Numbered from the stretch's first letter, positions 14,110 through 28,119 are shown. The stretch is DNA of 64,000 nucleotides from Chiloscyllium plagiosum (GCF_004010195.1 NC_057750.1:18799860-18863859); one strand, 5' to 3'. Numbers and translations are program-made. The notes: generated by a model from the letters alone, not told the origin.

Positions 14110-15490
14110 AAAGAGGAGCAGAAAAAGTAAAGAAAGACTGTACCATTATCTGTAATGGTCCCCCTTCCACTCCCCCCACCCTGACCAATCCCAACCCGAG
14201 TCCTTTATTTCAAAACGTTCACAAAGTCCTTGGCCTTTTCTGCTGAATAAAAATTATGTACTGTCTCCCCAGTGAGCGAAACGCAACATAGCCAGGTAGC
14301 TGATGGAATATTGAATGTTCAGATCCCTTAATTTTCTTTTAACTACATCAAATGCCTTCCTCTTCTTAACTATGGCTCCTGAGAAGTTTTGAGAAAATAT
14401 TATTCTTGAGCCTTTGTGCATTAAAGCCTGTGGATCTCTTCCCAGTCTTCTTGCTGTTTCAATCACTAACTGGTTTTCTTTATATTGCTGGAGCTGCATT
14501 AGCATTGTGATCCAGTGGGCCTGCTCCACACAAAGAGGAGCAGAAAAAGTAAAGAAAGACTGTACCATTATCTGTAATGGTGCCCCTTCCACTCCCCCCA
14601 CCCCCACCAATCCCAACCCGAGTCCTTTATTTCAAAACATTCACAAAGTCCTTGGCCTTTTCTGCTGAATAAAAATTATGTACTGTCTCCCCAGTGAGTG
14701 AAACGCAACATAGCCAGGTAGCTGATGGAATATTGAATGTTCAGATCCCTTAATTTTCTTTTAACTACATCAAATGCCTTCCTCTTCTTAACTATGGCTC
14801 CTGGGAAGTCTTGAGAAAATGTTATTCTTGAGCCTTTGTGCATTAAAGCCTGTGGATCTCTTCCCAGTCTTCTTGCTGTTTCAATCACTAACTGGTTTTC
14901 TTTATATTGCTGGAGCTGCATTAGCATTGTGATCCAGTGGGCCTGCTCCACACTCACCAGGCCCAACTCCAAATTCAGGCCAAGAACTTTGTTAGCCATT
15001 TCTCTAGGAATCCAATGAGGTCCCTGCCTTCCTTGTGCTCCAGGAGACCCATGAGTCATAAGTTTTTTTTATACTTTTGATTTCCGGGACATTCACTTGT
15101 TCCTGAAGGACCCAAACCCGGTCTCCCAGTATTTGGATCCTTATTCCCGAGACCTTTGCCACAGTCTCTGAGATTGGTGTCCTCTGCTCCACTGCTACTA
15201 TTCTTCGGTCCAGTGTTTGAATCTCCTGCTCCTTTTTCAGCATGGCAGGTATTGGCTCCATTGTTGCTTCAATCTTTTCTTAGAGTTTGGCAAACTCCAA
15301 GAGTAAATACTGTCTATGTTCTATGTACCTCCGCCACAGTCTCTGAGATTGGTGTCCTCTGCTCCACTGCTACTACTCTTCGGTCCAATGTTTGAATCTC
15401 CTGCTCCTTTTTCAGCATGGCAGGTATTGGCTCCATTGTTGCTTCAATCTTTTCTTAGAGTTTGGCAAACTCCAAGAGTAAATACTGCTG
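14110..15490. repeat. Tandem duplications inside L1 ORF1 (about 420 bp and about 175 bp)
   Basis: 14110-14531 resembles 14532-14952, and 15158-15308 resembles 15333-15487. The ORF track gives duplicated peptides. Confidence 0.85.
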
Positions 15491-15808
15491 CCCCATTAAA
15501 TCCAAAAGGGCCACCCCAGGAGTTTGAGCAATGGCTACAGGCAACCCCGACACAGTAGGGGAGTGCCCTCCTTGCTGTACTTTTTTCACCCCTTTTTCTT
15601 AATTCGCCTTCATTCTGATCATAGAGCTGTCACTTACTGTGTTCAGTAAGTTTATATTATCAATTTTTCTCCTCAGGATAGTTAACGAGGGGGGGTGCGT
15701 GGGCAAAGGTCCGCCTTATCAGGGGTATGGCACAGAGCCCAGCACAGCAGACCACTCAGACTGCTGCCATCTTGTATCTTGGGGGTCAACAGGTTAAAAA
15801 TCAACTAG

Positions 15809-16028
15809 GAGAAAGTGAGGACTGCAGATGCTGGAGATCAGAGCTGAAAATGTGTTGCTGGAAACGCGCAGCAGGTTAGGCAGCATCCAAGGAGCAGGAG
15901 AATCGACGTTTCGGGCATGAGCCCTTCTTCAGGAAATCTCTGAAGAAGGGCTCATGCCTGAAACGTCGATTCTCCTGCTCCTTGGATGCTGCCTAACCTG
16001 CTGTGCATTTCCAGCAACACATTTTCAG
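15809..16028. mobile_element. Head-to-head inverted Penelope terminal-repeat hairpin with two hammerhead motifs and a 14-bp flanking duplication
   Basis: Inverted arms are about 90 bp. GGTCAACAGGTTAA occurs at 15784-15797 and 16028-16041. Confidence 0.8.
15903..15934 (-). ncRNA. Minimal type-I hammerhead ribozyme motif (family A)
   Basis: CTGAAGA-A-GGGC-TCAT-GCCC-GAA-ACGT-C. A sister copy lies on the + strand at 15940-15969. Confidence 0.7.
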
Positions 16029-17455
16029 GTCAACAGGTTAAGGCCTCCCTGTACATGGATGACATTACTGCTTTCTGCTTGGATCCACTGTCAGTGTGCA
16101 GATTCATGTGCATCTGTTACCAGTTTCAACAGGCCTCAGGGGCCAAGGTAAATTGAGGCAAGAGCAAGGCCATGCTCTTCAGGAACTGGGCCAACCAATC
16201 CTCTATTCCCTTTCACCATCAGGACAGATCACCTGAATGTGATGGGTATTTGGCTTGGTGGTACTGGGACTTGCACCAAGTGGAAGGAGCATGTCATCAA
16301 ATTGAGGCAGAAACTAGGCAGATGGGAGCAACGGCCACTCTCCTTTATTGGTAAAAACCTGGTCGTCCTGTGTGAGGTAGTCTCAGTTTTGTTATTCATG
16401 GCACACATCTAGCTTATTCACCGAACCTGCACTGCCAGTCACCTGGGCCATCTTCCACTTCATATGGACATCAAAGATGTATAGTGTCAGAAGAGACATC
16501 ATGTATAAAGTTCTGGAGAAAGGTGGGGAAAACACACCCAATGCTACCCTTATCCAGATGGCCACCTTCGAGTGTGGCTGCATTAAATGTATATATCCCT
16601 GGTACACAATCACCAAGTGTCACTATATACTGAGGTTCTACCTGTCTTCGGTGTTGCAAAGGATGGGCTTGGCCTCGCTACTGCGGAACGCTCCATATCA
16701 CCTGTCCTTTGTGGTAAAATTTGTGAAGAAAAACACCTTTGACCAAAAGTCCATTAGGAGGTGGTCAGCACATAGTGTCCTTGAGACCATTTGGAAAAAA
16801 GAGAAGGCGGATCCTGTCGATCCCTGAGAAGACCATCAAAGTCATTTGGCAGAATGCCTCATCGCCAGAACTTTCAAACAAGCACCAAGACATTGCTTGG
16901 TTGGTGGTGAGAAGGGCACTGCCTGTGAAATCCTTTATACATGCCCGTCTCTCTGCGTCACTGCACACTGCCCTTGTTGAGGTTCGTCCTGAGCAACTTC
17001 ATGACGTGGGATGACATGCTCTATGGTCAGTTCCTCAGGACATACACTGAGATGAACATCAACTGTGTCTGGAGGATCATCAACACAATAAAAGACGCTT
17101 TTTGGTCTGCCCGAAACTTGCTGGTCTTTCAGTTGAAGGAGTTGACCTCGACTGAGTGTTGCAGACTGGCACATTCCAAGGTCCAAAATATGTGCTGAGG
17201 GACGTGTTGAAGCTTGGGGCAGCTGCCACCAAGATGCAGTGGGCAAAGACCACCATGCAAGGTCCCTTTGCTGAAGAATAAGAGGGGGGTGGCCCATTTA
17301 GTAATTGGGCTCTGCTGTCACCTTTACTGTGGGCGTCAAAAACATTTTATGTTGTCTATATGTAAGAAGTGTATAGATTTGAATCAGTTCATTAACTGTC
17401 CATGTACAAAAGATTTATTTTGAATGAATAAAGTATATTTTTGAAATTAAAAAAT
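16028..17455 (+). mobile_element. Tx1-like LINE RT and 3' end, degenerate
   Basis: QVKASLYMDDI...SGAKVN and later WRIINTIKDAFWSARNLLVFQ; the 3' end has AATAAA and an A-rich tail at about 17430-17455. Confidence 0.8.
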
Positions 17456-17577
17456 GTGTGTATTGCATTATTGATAAAGGAAACCATCATTGTTTAATAA
17501 GGGAGTATATCTTAGAATGTTTTCAAATGAGGTCATCTGAGTAGAGCTTGGAAATAAAAAAAAGATGATTGGTAACT

Positions 17578-19932
17578 ATAAGACCATAAGACATAGGAGT
17601 GGAAGTAAGGCCATTCGGCCCATTGAGTTCACTCCACCGTTTAATCATTGGCTGATGGGCATTTCAACTCCATTTACCCACATTCTCCCCGTAGCCCTTG
17701 ATTCCTTGTGACATCAGGAATTTGTCAATCTCTGCCTTGAAGACATTTAGCGTCCCGGTCTCCACTGCACTTCGCGGCAATGAATTCCACAGGCCCACCA
17801 CTCTCTGGCTGAAGAAATGTCTCCGCATTTCTTTTCTGAATTGACCCCCTCTAATTCTAAGGCTGTGCCCATGGGTCCAAGTCTCCTTGCCTAATGGAAA
17901 CAATTTCCGAGCGTCCACCCTTTCCAAGCCATGTATTATCTTGTAAGTTTCTATTAGATTTCCCCTTAACCTTCTAAACTCCAATGAATACAATCCCAGG
18001 ATCCTCAGCTGTTCCTCGTATGTTGGACCTATCAATCCAGGATCATCCGTGTGAAACTCTGCTGGACACGCTCCAGTGCCAGTATGTCCTTCCTGAGGCG
18101 TGGGGCCCAAAACTGGACACAGTTCTCCAAATGGGGCCTAACCAGAGCTGTATAAAGTCTCAGTAGCACATTGCCGCTTTTATATTCCAACCCTCTTGAG
18201 GTAAATGACAACATTGAATTCGCTTTCTTAATCATGGACTCAACCTGCATGCTTACCTTTAGAGAATCCTCGACTAGCACTCTCAGATCCCTTTGTACTT
18301 TGGCTTTACAAATTTTCTCACCGTTTAGTAGTCCATGCTTGCATTCTTTTTTCCAAAGTGCAAGACCTCACATTTGTTCACATTGAATTTCATCAGCCAT
18401 TTCCTGGACCACTCTCCCAAACTGTCTAGATCCTTCTGCAGNNNNNNNNNNNNNNNNNNNNNNNNNNNNNNNNNNNNNNNNNNNNNNNNNNNNNNNNNNN
18501 NNNNNNNNNNNNNNNNNNNNNNNNNNNNNNNNNNNNNNNNNNNNNNNNNNNNNNNNNNNNNNNNNNNNNNNNNNNNNNNNNNNNNNNNNNNNNNNNNNNN
18601 NNNNNNNNNNNNNNNNNNNNNNNNNNNNNNNNNNNNNNNNNNNNNNNNNNNNNNNNNNNNNNNNNNNNNNNNNNNNNNNNNNNNNNNNNNNNNNNNNNNN
18701 NNNNNNNNNNNNNNNNNNNNNNNNNNNNNNNNNNNNNNNNNNNNNNNNNNNNNNNNNNNNNNNNNNNNNNNNNNNNNNNNNNNNNNNNNNNNNNNNNNNN
18801 NNNNNNNNNNNNNNNNNNNNNNNNNNNNNNNNNNNNNNNNNNNNNNNNNNNNNNNNNNNNNNNNNNNNNNNNNNNNNNNNNNNNNNNNNNNNNNNNNNNN
18901 NNNNNNNNNNNNNNNNNNNNNNNNNNNNNNNNNNNNNNNNNNNNNNNNNNNNNNNNNNNNNNNNNNNNNNNNNNNNNNNNNNNNNNNNNNNNNNNNNNNN
19001 NNNNNNNNNNNNNNNNNNNNNNNNNNNNNNNNNNNNNNNNNNNNNNNNNNNNNNNNNNNNNNNNNNNNNNNNNNNNNNNNNNNNNNNNNNNNNNNNNNNN
19101 NNNNNNNNNNNNNNNNNNNNNNNNNNNNNNNNNNNNNNNNNNNNNNNNNNNNNNNNNNNNNNNNNNNNNNNNNNNNNNNNNNNNNNNNNNNNNNNNNNNN
19201 NNNNNNNNNNNNNNNNNNNNNNNNNNNNNNNNNNNNNNNNNNNNNNNNNNNNNNNNNNNNNNNNNNNNNNNNNNNNNNNNNNNNNNNNNNNNNNNNNNNT
19301 TTGATAGATTTCCTGACTTTCTTTGTCAGCCATGGCTGTCTAATCCCTCCCCAGATAATCTTTCTTTTCTTGGGGATGAACCTCTGTACAGTGTCCTCAA
19401 TTATACCCGCAAACTCCTGCTATTTTTGCTCTACTGTCTTCCCCACTAGGCTCTGCTTCCAGTCGATTTTCGTCAGTTCCTCTCTCATGCCCTCGTAATT
19501 ACCTTTATTTAACTGTAACACCATTACGTCTGATTTTGCCTTCTCTCTTTCAAACTGCAGACTGAACTCTACCATATTATGATCGCTGCTTCCTAAGTGT
19601 TCCCTTACTTTAAGATCTTTTATAAAGTCTGGTTCATTACATAGCACTAGGTCCAGAATAACCTGCTCCCTTGTGGGCTTCATGACAAGCTGTTCGAAAA
19701 AGCCATCCTGTAAGCATTCCATGAATTCCCTTTCTTTGGATCTACTGGCAACATTATTTACCCAGTCCACTTGCATAATGAAGTCCCCCATGATCACCGT
19801 GACCTTGCCTTTCTGACATGCCTTCTCTATTTCCCTGGTACATGTTGCTCCCCTGGTCCTGACCACTGTTAGGAGGTCTGTACATAACTCCCATTATGGT
19901 TTTTTTGCCTTTGTGGTTCCTCAATTCCACCC
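17578..19932 (-). mobile_element. CR1 LINE spanning an N-gap
   Basis: ORFs 19420-19866 (endonuclease tail, GSSDHN), 18032-18280 and 17664-18110 (RT C-terminus). Confidence 0.85.
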
Positions 19933-19939
19933 ATTAACT

Positions 19940-22900
19940 GACATTATACGACTTGCCTCTCAACAGTCAGAGTGATGTACAGGAGTAGATACACAGGCAA
20001 ATCAGGATTTTGAGAGGAATAGGATTATAGTTATAGCTTCGTGAACATTAACTGGGATTGGCTTATCATGAAAGGATTCAATAGGCTAAACATTTTAAGC
20101 GTATCCAGCAGAGCTTTTTTGTGCTGGTATGGAGATAATCTTACAAGAGATGATGCAGTGCTAGACCTAATCCATGGGAATGAAGCCAATCAAGTGATAG
20201 AGATTTCAGTGGTCAAGCATTTTGGGGATAGTGACCGTCACCCTATAAGTTGCAAAATTATCATGAAAAGGGATGAAGATAGTGAACAAGTTACATTTCT
20301 AAATTGGGGAAGGCAAATTTCAATCTTGGACAGGATCTGGCAAACATTGACTGGGAGCAACTACTTGCAGGTAAGTCTAAATTTGCACAGTGGGTGTTTT
20401 AAAAAAGTATTATAGCGATAATTCAGGGCTAGTGTGTTCCTCTAAAAGTGAAGGGTAAGGGCAGCAAGGACAGCAAACCCTGAATGTCAAGGGATAGTGG
20501 AAGTTTGATAAAGAAAGAAAGGAAACATAAAAGCTGAAAGAGCTTTGTGTGCTGGAAATCAAAAACAAAACCAGAAATTGGTGGAAATGCTCAGCAGGTC
20601 CGGCAGCATCTGTGGAGACAAATTATAGTTTATATTCCATGTCAAGTAACCCTTCTTTTTGAGAAGGAAACATTCATTAAGTACACAGCATTGAAGATGG
20701 AGGAGGCCCTTCAAAATTACAGTGAGTGCAAAACGTGCTGAAAAAGAAATCCAGAGGGCAAAGAAGGGTCGTGTAATTACAGACTTGTTAGTCTGATGAC
20801 AGTGATCAAAAAATTGTTGGAACAAATTCTGAAGCACAGGATTATTCAGCGTTTGGAAAAGTGATTGATCAGGGATTTGTCAACACGAATCTGTTATAGC
20901 ATGATCCCGCCTGATTAGTTTTATTGAGCTTTTTGAAAAGACAATTAAATATATAAATCAAATGCAGTGATATGATTTACGTCGACTTCACCAAGTCCTT
21001 TGACAAGGTCCCACATGGAAGGCTGGTCCAAAAAATAAGAGCGTAGGAGGTCAAACACAAGTTGATAAACTAGACCTGAGATTAGTTTTGTAATTGAAAG
21101 CATATGACCAGTCATGAATCTCATGGATCATTGTTGGGACCCCACTGTTTGCTATGTGCATTAACAACTTGGATATGAATTAGAAGGTATAATTATTAGG
21201 TTTACAGATTTCACAAAAATTACTGGTTTTTGTTGATAGTGAGGAGGATGGTCTCAAGCTACCATCTCATATTGTTGACAGATGGAATTTGAGTTATGTG
21301 GAGAGGCTGAATCAGGTAGGACTTTTTTTCCTCATAGTTTTGGAGGCTGACCTTGCAGAGCTTTATAACATTATGAGGGGCATGGATAGGCTGAATAGCC
21401 AAACTCATTTTCCAAGGGTTGGGTTTCCAAAGCTAAAGGGCATAGGTTTAAGGTGCATGGCACGGTGGCACAGTGGTTAGCACTGTTGCCTCACAGTGCC
21501 AGAGACCTGGGTTCAATTCCTGCATCGGGCAACTGTCTGTGTGGAGTTTGTATATTTTCTCTGCGTCTGCATGGATTTCCTCCCACAGTCCAAAGATGTA
21601 CAGGTTAGGTGAATTGGCCATGCTAAATTGCCTGTTAGGTATAGGGGAATGGATTTGGGTGGGTTGTGCTTCGGAAGGTTGGTGTGGACTTGTTGGGCTG
21701 AAGGGCCTTTTTCCACACTGTAAGGAATCTAATCATTTTAAAAGTACATAAAGGATGACATTTTCAAGCAGAGGGTGGTGGCAGAAGAAATGGTAGAGAT
21801 GGGAACAATTACAATTACAACATTCAAAAGGCATCTGATGGGTACATGGATAAGAAGGGTTTAGAGGTTAGATTGGGATGTCTGGTTGGTGCGGACAGAG
21901 TTGGACTGAAGAGTCTGTTTCCCTACTGTGTTACTCTATAACTCTATAAACGTGAGGCAATGCATGTTGGAACATTTAATAAGGGAAGGATCTACACAAT
22001 AATTCCTAGGGAATTCTCAAGAACAAAGCAACCTTGGTGTACAAAGTCCCTAGATCCCTGAAAGTGTCAGTGCAGATAGGGTAGTAAAGAGGACACACGG
22101 GATGCTTGCTTTCATTGCCCAGTGTAGAACATAGGAGCAAAGAAGTTTTGGTATGACTTTATTAGCATTGGTTAGGCCACAGATAGAATACTGTGAGCAG
22201 TTGTGGTCACCACATGATTCCACAAGGGTGCAGAACAGATTCACCATTGTGTTGCCTAGGTTTGAGAGTCTAGTTACGAGGATAGACTGGCTATGCAAGG
22301 TCTGTTTTTTCTTGGAGCCGAGGAACCAGAGAGCAAATTCTGATTAAGGTATACAAAATTATGGAAAGTATAGACAAAGTAGATTGTGAAAATATTCTCC
22401 CTGTAGCATATGCATCTAAGACCAGATTGCATGCATTTAGGGTGAGGGATAATTGGTTTTGAGGCATTCTGAGGGAACGTTTTTATCATTCAAAGGATGG
22501 TAGAAACATTGAATGCAATGCCTAAGAAAGTAATACAGGCAGGTATATTTGCAACATTTAAGGACCATCTAGATAACACTTAAAATGCTGGGGGATGGAA
22601 GGCTATTTCCCAAGGGTAGGTAAAAGGGGTTAGTATAGCTTGGTGTTTGTTGGTAAGCACAGACATGGTATTCCAAAAAGGCTGTTTCTATGGCACATGA
22701 CTCTATGAGGGTACAGACAGATGACCAGATTGGCAGATGAGTGGCAAATGGAATTTCACCCTGATATGTGTAGGGTGATGTACTTTGGAAGAAGGAACAA
22801 TACAATGGAATATGCAATGAATGGCAGGACACTGGGAAGCTCAGAGGAACTGAGTGCTCTTTGGGTGCTTGTCCTCAGATCCCTGAAGTTAACAGGGCAG

Positions 22901-24490
22901 GCTAAAAGGGTAATCAAGAAAACATAGGCATAGACAAGGAATTTATGTTGGAGCTGTACAGGACTTTGGTTAGGCCACAGCTGGATTGTTGTGTTCAGTC
23001 TTGGTTACCACATATTAGGATGAGTGTGATTACACTGGAAGGGGTGTGCAGAGGAAATTCTCCAGGATGCAGTTTGGGATAGAACATTTCAGCTGTGAAA
23101 AGAGTTGAATAAGCTTGGCTTGTTTTCCTTGAGGAAGAAAAGTTTGAATGGGAAGAGTATGTGATCATGAGGGGTGGATAGAAAGCAGCTGTTTTCCTGA
23201 GTTGAAGGGTCAGTGACAAGGGTGCATTGTTTTAAGGGGATGGGCAGGAGGGTTAGAGGGGATTTGAGGAAGAAATTTTGCTTTTAACTTAGAGGGTGCA
23301 TGGGTCTTAAATGCAGTGTCTAGGAGAGTAGTTGAATCAGGTAACCTCACAATCTTAAAATGTACTTCAAAAACCACTTAAAGCGTCATCACATTCAAAA
23401 CTATGTCCCTAGTGCTGGAAAATAGGATGAGAGTAGATTTAGTGTATTTTTAGCATTACTGACTGAATGGGCCAAAGGACCTTTCTGTATTGTATGATTC
23501 TCTGATTAGCTGGGATTGAGGATTTGTTAACCAATAGAATTCATAGGATTGGCATAAAGAAATATTTTCAGAATGGCAACCTGTAACTAGTGGAACAATG
23601 CAGAGGGTCAGTGTTGGTGCCACAACTATTTACAATAGAAGTATATATTAATTACTTTGATCACAGAAGTGAATATAAGTTGCAGATGGCACAAGCAGGG
23701 AGTTTACAAAGGGATATAGACAGATTAAATGAATGGGAAGGAACTTGGATGATGGAATATAATGCGGATAAATGTGCAGTTAAGCACTTTCACAGAAAGA
23801 ATAAGGGCATTTTTTTAAAGGAGAAACATGTTGAGAGATCTACAGCAAAGGGGAATTTTGCATTCTATGATCAAAATAAAAGCTAGCCTCCAAGTTCATT
23901 TGGTAATTAGGAACTGAAATGGAATGTTGACTGTTAAGTTCAAAGTGTGCAGAGTAGTAACATAGGGATTCTGTGCAAAAAAAAACATTCAAAGCACTAA
24001 TCAGGCCACAGCTGGAATACTGTGAATAATTGCTCATCTTGTTACAAAGATAATATGTGCTGGTTTTGAAGACAGTTCAGAGAAGGTTCACTGGATGTTA
24101 GAAGAGTATAAACAAAGAATATATAAGAGACCTAACTGAAACATATAAGATGCTTAGGGAGCTGGACAGGATAGATGCACTAAGGTTAAGTATCTAGGAC
24201 CAGAGGGCATAATCTCAGTACAAGGACTCGCCCATTTAAGATGAAACTTTGGAGTTTTCTTCCTAAGACGATGATGAAACTGTACTTTTCCTACTGCAAA
24301 GGGGTGTCAAGGCTGTTTTCTTCAAATATATTCAAAGCTAAGATAGACAGATTTTTAAGCAGTAAGGGAGCCAGGGTTTTGGGGATAGGCAGGAGAGTGA
24401 AGTTGATAATTATCAGGTCAGCCATCATCTCATTGCGGAGCGGAATGGATTCGATGGGCCAAGACGTGTATATCTATGTCTTCTGTTCTA
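19940..24490 (+). mobile_element. Several old degenerate CR1 fragments
   Basis: Motifs AVLDLIHGNE, DFTKSFDKVPH, LVRPQIEYC and EWQMEF are scattered over short ORFs. Confidence 0.7.
21458..21735 (+). mobile_element. HE1 SINE
   Basis: Same head and body as 6552-6880. Confidence 0.85.
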
Positions 24491-26655
24491 TAATTCTGGA
24501 CGTAGGGCCAGATCTGCCCAGTTGTAGAGCCGAATGTGAATTCAGAGAAAGGGAGCGACCGGATCATAAATGCATTCGAAGGTGATGATAATAAACTTGA
24601 AATTGAGTCATGTCCACGCGGAGGAAACGAAGGTCCACAAATGAGCTGGGTGATGGTTTTGCGCGAGATAAGATATAGGCAGAGACAAATAGAAACCACC
24701 TATTATCATTAAATAAACCCCACCCCGATCACACACGTGGCAAAATTGAAACCAGTTTTCCACAACCTTGATCTTAACAGAAATCGTTTGCCTACATCTA
24801 AAACAAAGTGCCGTTCATTAAGCATTTAGACTTCGTCGATATAGTTGTCGAGAGTGTGGTGCTGGAAAAGCCCAGCCAGTCAGGCAGAAGGACAATCGAC
24901 GTATCGGGCATAAGCCCTATTCCAGCACCAGACTCTCGACTCTGATCTGCAGTCCTCATGTTTCTCTCCGTCAATTTCGTTATTTATTAACATCTCCCTG
25001 AATCTTTCTCGGCCGTTTTTTTTGTGGTAATGATATCTATACAAGTTAAAATTATCGTCGGCAAAACTTTTTATGAGGTTGAAAGAGAAATAGTAAATAT
25101 AGAGATACAATTCGCCGCGTTGCAAGATCCTATGGAATGGGAGTACCTCAATTTAAGAGTTAGCTCATTCCTCTACTTCTCCCCAATCGCATTTTTTCGC
25201 CTTCTGTAAATCCCTCTCACTCCAATTTCCATAAGTTTAGGCCCTTACGTCTGTCTCGAACTTTCTTCTTTGAGTCCCTCTTTCTTGCTCTTCTTTGCAT
25301 TGCTTTTGCCGATTTCTCCTATGCGCCGCCTCAGTTATGCAATATACTTCCACATTAAATCTCAATAATTGCTTCACACGTGTGCAAATGAGAAATCACA
25401 AAATGAATGAATATCGCAATAATCTTTTGTTAAAATGTGTCGTGGATAATTTGTATTTTTTAGTCAACATCTCCCTCTGGTGGTGTAATGAAAGAATGGG
25501 GACGACAACAAAAAGAACTTGCACATTTATCATAACTAGCAAATCCAAAGGCTTCTCAGAATATCTGGACAATTCAGAAACTTTGAACTGGGTTATGTGA
25601 GAACATTTAAGGAAATATTACAAAGGACGTAGTGAGTATACCGAAAATATTCAATTAACACTTTTACATTCTTGAAGATGACGGTGGCTCTTTAGCATTT
25701 ACGTTATAATTCGTATAATATTGAAATACATGCAAATGTTGTTGAAGCTTGAGCTTAATAATTTGAAAGCAGATGAAGCAGTCCTGATAGGTGGCATCCA
25801 CGTGGTCTTGAGGCAAATAAATTATCTTTTTGGGATCCACTTCACTGAATTTGTAGCAGCTTAGTATAAAGTGAAATTGATTGTCACCCTTTTAAAATAA
25901 ATCGCTGAAAAAGCGGAAGTACGTATCCATTGATACCAGTAATTGAAAAAAATATATACGGATAGTGAGTTATTGTTATATAATAAACGCAGAAATTGCT
26001 GGAGAAACTCATCCGGTCTGGAAGCATCTGTGGAGAGAAAGCAGTGATGGTCCTTCAGACTGTTCTGTTTTGGTTTTATGTACCTTATTGAATAGAGATG
26101 GCTCTTTCATCGTCTTCCAACATTGATTCATAAGGAGGCTTCATGTCTAATAAATTTTATATGTCTTTTTTATTTTGAAAAAGGAATCGACATTAGCTTA
26201 ACAGCATCGTTTGAATATGAAACTCGGGAACAGGTTTAGTGCTGCCCCTATCAATAAGATCATGTGCTCTCAATTCCAGCTTACTGCCCCGCAAGGGTAT
26301 TCTGCCTTGTCCTTCGTGCTTCATGCTCAGGGTTAGGAACCGCGGCAAAATGTCGAAATAACTAATATTCCTTGGTAACAGTAAAGGATTTTGAAACTAC
26401 AAGGTTTGCAGTTGGAACAAGTAGTGGACTCACTGGGGAAGAAATACGCTTTCTATTTATTTAAGTGCATGTCAAGAGAACGATGATTAAACCTTTTATA
26501 TTTTTTCTGATCATTTTGTGCAGTAAAGTTGAAAATGGTGGCCCTTGCCAAGAGCGGAAGAGCATATATTTCGAGATATGCCTTAGTAAGAATGTCACTG
26601 CAAGACCAAGACTGTGGATGAGGAAAGGAAAGCAGTCAGTACCTACACAAAATTA

Positions 26656-26830
26656 AAAATCACACAACACCAGGTTATAGTCCAACAGATCTAATTGGAA
26701 GCACACTAGCTTTCGGAGCGCCGCTCCTTCATAACGTGGTTGTCAGGAGCGTCGCTCCGAAAGCTAGTGCTTCCAATTAAACCTGTTGGACTATAACTTG
26801 GTGTTGGTCCAACACCGGCATCTCTAAATA
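26656..26830. mobile_element. Inverted-repeat short element with hammerhead-derived arms (family C)
   Basis: CAACACCAGGTTATAGTCCAACAG...CACTAGCTTTCGGAGCG is mirrored by GGAGCGTCGCTCCGAAAGCTAGTG...CTGTTGGACTATAACTTGGTGTTG. Confidence 0.75.
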
Positions 26831-27898
26831 GTGTCTATACAAACTTTAAAAATCTTTTACCGAGGTTTCACTCAGGATTCCTGCTGCAAGGTCGAAACTA
26901 AAAATATTAGCGGTGATCTAGTAAGCTACACTGAATACCGATTGGAAGAAAATGGCAGGATACATGCGGATCTACGCAAGTTTCAGGACCATATATCAAA
27001 CTCTACGATATCCTAGATGTGCTGAGAGAGTGGGATCCCACTCGATTTTGATGCTTAATTTGGAAAGACGTAGTAGTTTGTATGTAGGATAAACCAGAGC
27101 CGACAGACACACACAACCATCTGGGAAAGGTACAAAAGGAAAAGAGAGGAAGTGAAATCAGAGTATTCGAGGACATAAATGCCCGAAGATCCGTGAAGAA
27201 TGTTTTTAAGTGAAAATAAGAGTGAATAAAGTGTTGGGTGCTTTTGAAAGGGTATTTGAAGTATTAGATCTTCCTCTCTGAGAATACCTTACTCAGATTT
27301 GACGTTCTGACGCAACTAAAACATTTGTAATGAGTACAATGGTGGACTAAGAGACAAATTCCCAATTTGAAATATCTTAGTTATCCAAGAATAGCTCCTT
27401 TATTCACCAAAGTGGAGTTACAAGCCACCTGTTAAGTGCACTGATTTTCAAGCCCCAATCCTGGGTTCGCCACAATAGTTAATAATTCAATCTAAATAAG
27501 CAAATCCTCAATTTAACTGTCTGACGAAACCCAATCAACAGAAGACACTGACCAAGCTCTTGTACGTGACAATAACTATTATTAAGTGTTCATAAAATAA
27601 TTCTAATCAAATGTAAAGAACCATGAGCTATTAACATATGTCTCCAATTAGTTGAAATTCTAACCCTTTTTTGGCACTCCCACACATTCACATTGCAAGA
27701 TACAGACAACAAAATAAATCGTTGGTGTTATGAGATGTGGGAATATAAGTGGGGAATCGTAGTACAATAATAGCAAAGAAGAAATTACTGGAAAAAATCA
27801 GCAGGTCTGACATCATCTGTGGAGGGAAAGCGGAGTCAATGTTTCAGGTCAAATGACCCTTATTTAGAATGGAAATTAGCTGGCAAGAAAGGTTAGCA

Positions 27899-28081
27899 GA
27901 TGATGGAAATATGTTGCTGGAAAAGCGCAGCAGGTCAGGCAGCATCTAGGGAGCAGGAGAATCGACGTTTCGGGCATTAGCCCTTCTCCTGCTCCCTAGA
28001 TGCTGCCTGACCTGCTGCGCTTTTCCAGCAACACATTTCCATCTCTGATCTCTAGCATCTGCAGACCTCACTTTCTCCTCA
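27899..28081. mobile_element. Inverted Penelope terminal-repeat hairpin with 14-bp TSD
   Basis: Inverted arms; AAGAAAGGTTAGCA occurs at 27885-27898 and 28082-28095. Confidence 0.8.
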
Positions 28082-28119
28082 AAGAAAGGTTAGCACGTCT
28101 GTTAGAGAAGGGATGGGGA

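Larger units (their letters stand above)
7600..15780 (-). mobile_element. Near full-length decayed L1-type LINE (ORF1 about 15600-14250, ORF2 from about 13590, 3' poly-A at about 7600), interrupted by a CR1 at 8040-11277
   Basis: ORF1-like RIIFSQDFPGAIVKKRKAFDVVKRKLRDLNIQYS and APE endonuclease motifs (NVYCP, IIGGDFN, DVWKYLHP, ISDH). An imperfect TSD TGGGGGTC(T/A)ACAG is at about 7586 and 15780. Confidence 0.8.

Noticed and set aside
25680-25945. YWYQ motif on the minus strand
   Set aside because: No flanking V framework or credible RSS.
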